Made by a program: the position numbers and the translations under genes. A model generated the notes under the pieces. It worked only from the letters and a program-made list of their open reading frames with translations. It had not been told where the DNA came from and did not search any database. Shown here one piece after another: positions 1 through 6,596 of a stretch of DNA of 64,000 nucleotides. The stretch covers positions 342,605 through 406,604 of the forward strand of contig JALCSW010000002.1 of assembly GCA_022653695.1 (NCBI GenBank). Direction: 5' to 3'. Each line of letters starts with the position of its first letter. Position 1 is the stretch's first letter. The DNA comes from Bacilli bacterium (GTDB lineage Bacteria; Bacillota_I; Bacilli_A; RFN20; CAG-826).

Positions 1-51
1 ACGGGTCCCCTTGCCGCCCGCAAGAATCATCGCAGCCATTTCTGTGCCCAT
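1..51 (-). CDS. Partial CDS (first 17 codons only, continues beyond left edge): NTP-transferase-type sugar-phosphate nucleotidyltransferase
   Basis: The reverse strand from ATG at 51..49 reads MGTEMAAMILAGGKGTR and runs off the window. ILAGGxGTR is the glycine-rich N-terminal signature of GlgC/RmlA/GalU-type nucleotidyltransferases. GAGGT lies 9 nt upstream. Alternative in-frame ATGs are at 39 and 30. Too short for a firm call. Confidence 0.4.
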   Translation of the reverse strand, partial: MGTEMAAMILAGGKGTR

Positions 52-174
52 GAGTCAACGACCTCGCTTCATTGTTTATGATAGCACACCTCGCGCGCGT
101 GAAGGGGATAGAAACCCCAACAAAAGAAGAAAAGCGCTTACCCGTTTCCTTCATGAAGGAAGCCATCAAAGTGT

Positions 175-203
175 TTGCACTGGATATACCTTTATGGTAT
201 ATT
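175..203 (+). promoter_or_regulatory. Sigma-70-type promoter for rpmB
   Basis: TTGCAC (175-180), 17 nt, TATATT (198-203), with TG at 195-196 (extended -10 context). The short leader holds a GCGCG/CGCGC hairpin (211-224) and an AAGAGGT RBS (228-234). Confidence 0.45.
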
Positions 204-240
204 CGTTAACGCGCGATTGCGCGCATCAAGAGGTAGAGTT

Positions 241-528
241 ATGTCAAGAGTTTGCCCCGTTAGCGGGAAAGGGCCTTTGTCCGGAAACAACCGCAGCCAC
301 AGCGTTCGCGCGACCCGTCGCGTCTGGAACGTCAACCTTCAGAAATATAAGCTGAACATCAACGGCAAGATGGTTGAGGTCCGCATGTCGGCCCGCGCCT
401 ATCGGGCCCTCAACAAGAACGCCTCCAAGAAAGAGGCCGCCAAAGCCGTCGAGGCGCCGGAAGAAAAGAAACCCGAGGCCGTCGAGGCGGAAGCCCCGAA
501 AGCCGAAGAGAAGAAAGAATCAAAATAG
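241..528 (+). CDS. rpmB: 50S ribosomal protein L28 (bL28) with a C-terminal K/E/A/P-rich extension
   Basis: ATG at 241 is 6 nt after AAGAGGT. MSRVCPVSGKGPLSGNNRSHSVRATRRVWNVNLQ matches the bL28 core. ORF-track entry 175..528 begins at an upstream alternative codon inside the promoter. The last ~35 aa (NKNASKKEAAKAVEAPEEKKPEAVEAEAPKAEEKKESK) go beyond a typical ~60-aa L28. Confidence 0.9.
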   Translation: MSRVCPVSGKGPLSGNNRSHSVRATRRVWNVNLQKYKLNINGKMVEVRMSARAYRALNKNASKKEAAKAVEAPEEKKPEAVEAEAPKAEEKKESK

Positions 529-540
529 GTTTTTTCGTCA

Positions 541-576
541 AAAAAGACCCCTTCATAAGAAGGGGTTTTTCTTTTC
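541..576. terminator. Bidirectional intrinsic terminator between convergent rpmB and the rpe-operon tail
   Basis: 8-bp stem ACCCCTTC (547-554) / GAAGGGGT (559-566) with loop ATAA. It is flanked by an A-run (541-545) and a T-rich run TTTTCTTTTC (567-576). Confidence 0.6.
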
Positions 577-583
577 GCTTGTT

Positions 584-1276
584 CTAGTCAACGACGATGA
601 AAGCGAGGCCGAGGATGAGAAGAGACGATCCGACGATGTAGACGGCATAGACCAACCACTCCGAAAAAGCCATGACGAACGGTCGCGGCCGCCTTAGGCG
701 GAAGGTGCCATCGGGTTGGCTTTCCCTTTTCATCGTGGCCCAATGGGCGAGTTTGGGGTTCGCCAGAACCAAAACCAGGAAAAAGGCGAGGACGAAAAGG
801 ACGATCGCGAGGACAAGGGCCGCCGCCTCGACGCTTTCCTCGCCGAGCGCGTGTTGGTTAAGAAGGAAAATGCCGCCCATGAAAAGCGTCAGCAGCGCCA
901 AGGCGTCACCAAGGAAAAAAAGGGCGACGTGCCTTTTGGGCTCGCCCGCCGGAACGAGGGAAAGCAACGTGAGGGCGAGGAAAGCGAAAAGGGCGATGAA
1001 GGCCATGGCGAGGGGAAAGGCCATCTGACCCCATCCGTCCCCATAGATTGAGGTCAGGAAATAGGCTTCCGCGGCGACGGGGCATAGGAGGGCGGAGATT
1101 TGGAGGATTCGGGCCGAAAGACGATACGGACCCCTTGAATCGCCATACAGCTCATAAGGGAAATACGTAAGGAAATCATAGTCTTCCTTGCCGTTTTTCT
1201 TGCCCAGGAAACCCATTAGTGGGGCAAGTCCGCCCAAGATGAGGCACGCAATCGCGAGGGGAAGGTAAACCGCCAT
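584..1276 (-). CDS. Polytopic membrane protein, unknown function
   Basis: 230-aa ORF with about six hydrophobic segments. Its ATG shares 1 nt with the rpe stop (TGATG), implying co-expression with the upstream operon. No catalytic motif recognised. Confidence 0.6.
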   Translation of the reverse strand: MAVYLPLAIACLILGGLAPLMGFLGKKNGKEDYDFLTYFPYELYGDSRGPYRLSARILQISALLCPVAAEAYFLTSIYGDGWGQMAFPLAMAFIALFAFLALTLLSLVPAGEPKRHVALFFLGDALALLTLFMGGIFLLNQHALGEESVEAAALVLAIVLFVLAFFLVLVLANPKLAHWATMKRESQPDGTFRLRRPRPFVMAFSEWLVYAVYIVGSSLLILGLAFIVVD

Positions 1277-1968
1277 CAGCGCGCGCCTTTCAGGACGGCG
1301 TCCATCCGTTCTTTCATGTCCGAATGCCCATATAGGTAACTGCCCGCGACGAGAAGGTCGGCCCCGGCCTTAAGGCACGCGGGCCCCGTCAAGGCGTTGA
1401 TTCCCCCATCGACCTCAAGGATCGGCCGTTTCGAAAAAGGAAGCCGATCGATTTCCTTCCTTAACGCGAGAAGGCGAGTTAGGCTCGCGGGGATAAAAGG
1501 CTGGCCCCCCTTGCCGGGCTCCACCGACATGAGAAGAACGAGCCCCGCCTCCTTTAAATATGGGAAAATCGCCTCGACGGGGGTCAGGGGTTTGATCGAG
1601 ACGCCGACCGTCCCGCCGGCGCCTTTGATGGCGGCGATGGTTTTTCGAAGGCAAGGCCCGTCGGGGCAGGCCTCGAAATGGAACGTGAGGATGTCGGCCC
1701 CCGCCTTCACGTACGAGGCGGCGCTGGCCCAAGGTTTCTCGATCATGACGTGAACGTCATTCACCATATGGTGTTTGTCGTGGATTTCCTTCACGAAATC
1801 GAGGCCGAAGGAGACGTTGGGGACGAAACGCCCATCCATCACGTCGATGTGGATGAAATGGCAGCCCAAGCGCTCAGCCTTTCGGGTCTCCTCGACGAGC
1901 CGCGAATGATCGGCGGCCAATAGCGAGGGCGAAAAGGCCGGATACGAAAACGAACGGAGGTCGATCAT
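1276..1968 (-). CDS. rpe: Ribulose-phosphate 3-epimerase
   Basis: SPSLLAAD, HIDVMDGRFVPN, MSVEPGKGGQ and VDGGIN motifs. ATGA overlap with the kinase stop (1965-1968). Confidence 0.9.
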   Translation of the reverse strand: MIDLRSFSYPAFSPSLLAADHSRLVEETRKAERLGCHFIHIDVMDGRFVPNVSFGLDFVKEIHDKHHMVNDVHVMIEKPWASAASYVKAGADILTFHFEACPDGPCLRKTIAAIKGAGGTVGVSIKPLTPVEAIFPYLKEAGLVLLMSVEPGKGGQPFIPASLTRLLALRKEIDRLPFSKRPILEVDGGINALTGPACLKAGADLLVAGSYLYGHSDMKERMDAVLKGAR

Positions 1969-2843
1969 TTGAAGCCGAAGAGCCTCGAGAAGAAACTCTT
2001 CCTTTCCGCGAACGAACGCTCATCCTTCATCGCCTCGGCGATCGTCTCATGCATCTCGAGGGCGGACAAGAACCGCTCCTCCGGGCGTTTCCGGCAGGCT
2101 TTGACGACGATTTTGTCGACCGCCTTCGGGACGGAAGGGGTTATTTTGCTCGGCTCGGGGAAATGGTTTTTGATTTGCTTGATGGCCACATCCTCGGGCG
2201 TGGGGCCGTCGAACGGCACGCTGCCGGTCAAAATCTCGTAGAAGACGATGCCCATCGAGTAGATGTCGCTCGCGACGCCCGAGGGTTTGCCCATGAGGAT
2301 TTCGGGCGCCGTATAGTAAACGGTGCCGCTCACCGCGTCGCCTTTGGCGGCCTCGCCCACCACCACCGAGATCCCGAAATCTGATATCTTGATGCTGCCG
2401 TCGCTCAGGTAGAAAAGGTTGTCGGGCTTGATGTCCCGATGGATGATGCCATGCTCATGGATGTACTGGACCCCGCTCGTGAGCTGAAGCATGACTTCGC
2501 AACTCTCTAGCGGGGAAAGGCTATGGATCGGCGAGAAGTTGAGCTTGTCGCGCAGCGTCTGCCCTTTGATGTACTCATTGGCCATATAGGGGCGCCCATC
2601 GACGACGCCCTGCCCGTAGACTTTGACGATGTTGGGGTTGTTGAGGCTCGCCGCGGCGATGCACTCGCGCTGAAAGCGATGGACGTTCTCGGGATTGCTC
2701 ATCATGTCCTCGCGCATGACCTTGAGCGACACGGTCCGGCGGGCGATGACGTCCATCGCCTCATATACGTCGGCCATGCCACCATGGGCGATGCGGCCCG
2801 TGACGTGGTAGCGGCCGTCGACGCGATCACCGACGCGGATCAT
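1965..2843 (-). CDS. prkC: Hanks-type Ser/Thr protein kinase, kinase domain only (no TM segment, no PASTA repeats)
   Basis: Start chosen at the internal ATG 2843 (MIRVGDRVDGRYHV...). The ORF-track extension to 2996 overlaps the phosphatase gene and is Arg/Pro-rich. Motifs: VSLKV (Lys), HRDIKPDN, DFG, TAPE. 292 aa, ending about 30 aa after the kinase core. Confidence 0.85.
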   Translation of the reverse strand: MIRVGDRVDGRYHVTGRIAHGGMADVYEAMDVIARRTVSLKVMREDMMSNPENVHRFQRECIAAASLNNPNIVKVYGQGVVDGRPYMANEYIKGQTLRDKLNFSPIHSLSPLESCEVMLQLTSGVQYIHEHGIIHRDIKPDNLFYLSDGSIKISDFGISVVVGEAAKGDAVSGTVYYTAPEILMGKPSGVASDIYSMGIVFYEILTGSVPFDGPTPEDVAIKQIKNHFPEPSKITPSVPKAVDKIVVKACRKRPEERFLSALEMHETIAEAMKDERSFAERKSFFSRLFGFK

Positions 2844-3591
2844 GGATGCTGGCCTCCCAATAGGCGACGCCTTCGTTGTCGCTCCCGCCGTTGGCGTTGG
2901 CCTCGTTGATGAGGCCCATCGCCTTCTGATCGGCCCGTTCGTCGGTCGAAAGTATCGCTTCGATCGCGGGCACGGGGATCGAGTTGTAGACCCCATCGCT
3001 GCATAGAAGAAGCGTCTCCCCGCGATAGGGGCGGGAGGAAAGGGTCAAGGAAACGCTGGGGTTGATGCCAAGGGCGTTCATGAGAACGTGGCGCTCAGGG
3101 TGGGAAAGGGCCTGCTCGGGCGTGATTTTGCCCGTATTGAGAAGGTATTGGACGTAAGTCTGGTCCTCGGTCAATTGCCGTAGTTTGCCGTCTTTGAGCG
3201 CGTAAGCCCGCGAATCGCCGATGTTGGCGATAAGAAGGCGCCGGCCGCTTATGAGGGCGGCCACCATCGTGGTGCCCATGCCCTTATAGGCGGGGTTGGA
3301 TTCGGCTTCGTTGAAAATGGCCCTGTTGGCGGTTTTGGTGGCTTTGGTGATCCAAAACCGATCGGACGCCGCCAAAAGATGGCGGTGCTTCCTTTTGAAA
3401 CTGGAGGCTAAGGAATCCACCGCGATCTTGCTCGCGACGTCGCCCTTGTTGGCTCCGCCCATCCCATCGCAGACGACGAGGAAAGCCTCGCCGGAGGCGC
3501 TCATCCCCACAAACGCTTGGTCTTCGTTGGATTGCCGGACTTTCCCGATGTCGGTCCTGAACGCGAAGGAGCCGGAATAATCGTTCCTCAT
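2827..3591 (-). CDS. prpC: PP2C-family Ser/Thr protein phosphatase
   Basis: Start at ATG 3591 (MRNDYSGSFAFRTDIGKVRQSNEDQ), which forms an ATGA overlap with the rlmN stop. Motifs: VCDGMGG, LCSDG, GGSDNEG. 17-nt overlap with the kinase start. Confidence 0.85.
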   Translation of the reverse strand: MRNDYSGSFAFRTDIGKVRQSNEDQAFVGMSASGEAFLVVCDGMGGANKGDVASKIAVDSLASSFKRKHRHLLAASDRFWITKATKTANRAIFNEAESNPAYKGMGTTMVAALISGRRLLIANIGDSRAYALKDGKLRQLTEDQTYVQYLLNTGKITPEQALSHPERHVLMNALGINPSVSLTLSSRPYRGETLLLCSDGVYNSIPVPAIEAILSTDERADQKAMGLINEANANGGSDNEGVAYWEASIHDPRR

Positions 3592-4631
3592 TTCTTCGCC
3601 CTCTCGTATTTGACCCTGAGCTGACCGCAGGCGGCGTCGATGTCGGTGCCGAACTCTTTGCGGACGGTGCAATTGACGCCGCGCTTCATGAGGCGGTCGG
3701 CGAAAGCCCGGACCGTTTTCTCGGGGCTTCGCTCAAAAGGCTTTTCCTTGACGGGGTTGTAAGGGATCAGATTCACGTAGGCGAGCGTTCCTCTAATAAG
3801 GTCGCTCAGTTCGTCGGCGCAGGCAAGGGAGTCGTTGACGCCTTTAAGAAGGATGTACTCGAAGGTGACGCGGCGCCCGCCGGCATCCTCGTAGCGTTTC
3901 ACCGCCGCCAAGAGATCCTTGAGGCCGTAACGGGAGGCGATCGGCATGATCTTTTTTCGGATTTCGTCGGAAGGGGCATGCAAGGAAATGGCCAAATTGA
4001 TCTGAAGGCCCTCTTTGCCGTATTTGTCGATCCCATCGACGAGCCCACAGGTGCTGACGGTGATGTGGCGCGCGCCGATCGCGAAGCCTTTGGCCTCGTT
4101 CATGACGCGGATGAACTTCATGAGTTCGTCGTAATTGTCGAACGGCTCGCCCGTTCCCATCACCACGATGTGCGAGACCCTTTCCCCCTCTTCGGCGAGA
4201 AGCTGGTTCATGAGGTAAACCTCGCCCACCATTTCGCTGGCCTGAAGGCCCCGCTCCTTTTTTAGGAGGCCCGAAGCGCAAAAGGCGCAGCCCATGTTGC
4301 AGCCAACTTCGCTGCTCACGCACACGACGTTGCCATAGTCATAGCGCATCAAAACCGTCTCGACTTTGCTGCCGTCGGCCATCTCAAGCAGGAGTTTGAT
4401 GGTGCCGTCGCTAGCGTCCTGACGGCGGAAGATTCGAGGAAGATCGAGGCAGTAATCGCCTTCAAGGGTCGCCCGAAAAGCCTTGGAGACGTCGGTCATG
4501 GCTTCGAAAGAGAGGATGCGCTTGACGTAAATCCATTCGTAGAGTTGGCGGGCCCGGTAGCGGGTCTGCCCTTGAGCGAGCATCTCCTCCTCCAAAGCGG
4601 GCAAGGGGTATTCGAAGAGGTTCTTTTTCAT
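3588..4631 (-). CDS. rlmN: 23S rRNA/tRNA adenine-C2 methyltransferase RlmN (radical SAM)
   Basis: Radical-SAM CNMGCAFCASG, GTGEP, and C-terminal AACGQL. 347 aa, the typical size. Confidence 0.9.
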   Translation of the reverse strand: MKKNLFEYPLPALEEEMLAQGQTRYRARQLYEWIYVKRILSFEAMTDVSKAFRATLEGDYCLDLPRIFRRQDASDGTIKLLLEMADGSKVETVLMRYDYGNVVCVSSEVGCNMGCAFCASGLLKKERGLQASEMVGEVYLMNQLLAEEGERVSHIVVMGTGEPFDNYDELMKFIRVMNEAKGFAIGARHITVSTCGLVDGIDKYGKEGLQINLAISLHAPSDEIRKKIMPIASRYGLKDLLAAVKRYEDAGGRRVTFEYILLKGVNDSLACADELSDLIRGTLAYVNLIPYNPVKEKPFERSPEKTVRAFADRLMKRGVNCTVRKEFGTDIDAACGQLRVKYERAKK

Positions 4632-4660
4632 GATGGTGTCGGTTTCTTGCCAAAAAACGG

Positions 4661-5995
4661 CTATTTGGCGGCCTCCGCGCTCATGGGACTCTCGACGGGG
4701 GCAGCGGCCCCCGCGATGGCTTCGGCGGGAACGCCCTCCTTGACGAGCGGGGTTTCCTTTTTCATCGCGGCGTAGTAAAGGGCGGTGTCGAGTTCGTCAA
4801 AGGGGAAAAACTGCTCCTCTTTCACGAGTTTGAACTCGGGATGGCGGAGCAGGAAGTCCTGAACCGTCGCATGCCCCTCTTTCTTCGAGACCGTGTAGAT
4901 CATGTAGATGTAGGTGCCTCCTTCGTCGACGTACTTGGAAAGGCCTTCGAGCATCGCCTTCTCCTCGGCGAAAAGCTCATCCATGCCCTCCTTTTTGAAA
5001 TGAAGGAGGTAGTCGGGGGACTCGCGGATAAGATCGAAGTTCGAACTGTCGGGGGCGGCGATGACGAGATCCTGAGGGCGGCTGATGCTCGCCTCGAGGG
5101 CCGAAGGGTCCCCGGCGAAGAAATTCACGTTCTTGAGCCCAAGCTCCCGGATCATCCGACTCACGTCGGCGTATTTCTGAAGGTCGTAAACCCCGAGGTT
5201 CATCCCGATGGAGGAGCCATAGGTCTCGACGACTTCCTTGAGGATCGAGCTGTCGCGATTGCCGTTAAAAAGAAAAACCTCGCTCGGTTCCTGGACTTTG
5301 AACTCGTCGATGATTTTCTTCGTCGCGAGTTTCTCGAGGAAGACTTGCTCGGCGAGGAACTCGGGCAGTTTGCGAAGCGGCGTCCTGCCGCCGAGGAAAA
5401 GCATGTCCTTAATCGGGGATTTGGCGTAATCGCTGTTGTTGTTCATGAGCTGTTCGGGCGTGATCATGGCGGTTCTTACGCGAACGGCGTTGATGAGGGG
5501 ACGATTGTTTTTCTTCAGGATTTTGTAGGTCGTCCCATAGCCATAATGCTCCCAAATCTTAAGCACCCACTCCGGGGTGTTGTAGCGAAGGGAAAGGTAT
5601 TTGTTGGAACTTTTGGGTAGCTTGGGGGGGATATAGTTGGCCGGATCGGCGGCTTTATCGATGAGCGGCGCCGCGAGGGCCATTTTTTCCTCGCCGAGTT
5701 TTTCGAGCAAAGCCGCTTTCATATCGGCGGCGGGGACGCGTTTGAAGAAATAGAGGTCGCCTAAGCCCAAAGCCAAGACGCGCCGATCGGCGATCTCGTA
5801 GCCTTCGAGCGGTTCGGTGAGGTAGCCGAAAAGGAGGTGATGCCTCAGCTCGCAGCCGACCAACCCCGCCACCAAAGGGCGCATTGGCCGAAGCGGCTGG
5901 TTGGTTTGGAAGACTTTGCGCAAAGCCTCGCCGAAGGGGACGTCGTTATCGAGAATGTCCCCAAGGATCCGTTCCGACAAATCGAGTTCCTGCAT
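4661..5995 (-). CDS. RsmB/Sun-family (16S rRNA m5C methyltransferase) homolog with degenerate catalytic motifs
   Basis: 444 aa, the same size and locus position as Bacillus RsmB. It has a NusB-like N-terminus and a central YNTPEWVLKIWEHYG block. Expected motifs are replaced: DxCAAPGGK becomes FLFNGNRDS, DAPCSG becomes AAPDSS, and TCS becomes TVS. Confidence 0.7.
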   Translation of the reverse strand: MQELDLSERILGDILDNDVPFGEALRKVFQTNQPLRPMRPLVAGLVGCELRHHLLFGYLTEPLEGYEIADRRVLALGLGDLYFFKRVPAADMKAALLEKLGEEKMALAAPLIDKAADPANYIPPKLPKSSNKYLSLRYNTPEWVLKIWEHYGYGTTYKILKKNNRPLINAVRVRTAMITPEQLMNNNSDYAKSPIKDMLFLGGRTPLRKLPEFLAEQVFLEKLATKKIIDEFKVQEPSEVFLFNGNRDSSILKEVVETYGSSIGMNLGVYDLQKYADVSRMIRELGLKNVNFFAGDPSALEASISRPQDLVIAAPDSSNFDLIRESPDYLLHFKKEGMDELFAEEKAMLEGLSKYVDEGGTYIYMIYTVSKKEGHATVQDFLLRHPEFKLVKEEQFFPFDELDTALYYAAMKKETPLVKEGVPAEAIAGAAAPVESPMSAEAAK

Positions 5996-6016
5996 GATGA
6001 ACCTCCCTGTTGGATT

Positions 6017-6559
6017 TTATTTCTTCGCTGGCTTTTTGCCAGAAGAAGCCTTTTTCGCGGCGATCTTTCCTTCAAGCCCCTCAAGCGCGTTCCCTAAGAA
6101 AATCTGATTCGGATCGTCCGGGTCGAGGTCGCTCCGGTCGCGCGGATTGGCATCCGGGTCGGCGAGCGTCTCGTCGACTTCCTCTTCCTCCTCCTCGACG
6201 TCGACGAGATTGTCCTTCGCGATGAAGCGCGGGTAATCCTCGTTGATTTGTTCGTGATAGCGTTCGATCGGGAAATAGACGAATTCGATTTGGACGTTGA
6301 TGGAGAAATCCTTAAGGGTCTTAAGGAGATAGGAGGCGATCTTGTCCTCCACCACCTGAACCTTCATCGGAGCCCTGACGATAACGTAGGCGTTCCAACT
6401 CGTTTGGTCGATTCCTTCGTGGAAAAGGGAGGCGTTGGGGCAATAGAAATTGATCTCGTCCCCATCGCATTCGTAGAGCTGGGCGAGGTTGGCGGTATTA
6501 TCTTTGCTGTAACGGGCGACCACGAATTGGTCAAGACCCAAAACGGAGATGGTTATCAT
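6017..6559 (-). CDS. Hypothetical protein: small alpha/beta N-domain (DUF1904-like by eye) plus an acidic, then basic, disordered tail
   Basis: 180-aa ORF between priA and the rsmB homolog. The N-terminal ~115 aa (MITISVLGLDQFVV...IEFVYFPIERYHE) resemble the tautomerase-fold DUF1904 pattern from memory only. The tail is DVEEEEEEVDE...DPDDP...KKASSGKKPAKK. Confidence 0.45.
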   Translation of the reverse strand: MITISVLGLDQFVVARYSKDNTANLAQLYECDGDEINFYCPNASLFHEGIDQTSWNAYVIVRAPMKVQVVEDKIASYLLKTLKDFSINVQIEFVYFPIERYHEQINEDYPRFIAKDNLVDVEEEEEEVDETLADPDANPRDRSDLDPDDPNQIFLGNALEGLEGKIAAKKASSGKKPAKK

Positions 6560-6596
6560 AATGAAAAATCCTTTTGCGCGATTGGATTATATCATA

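Noticed and set aside
11-355. A 114-aa ORF covering the rpmB promoter and 5' end.
   Set aside because: It starts at a TTG, overlaps the clear rpmB frame and its promoter, has an Arg/Pro-rich composition, and shows no motif.
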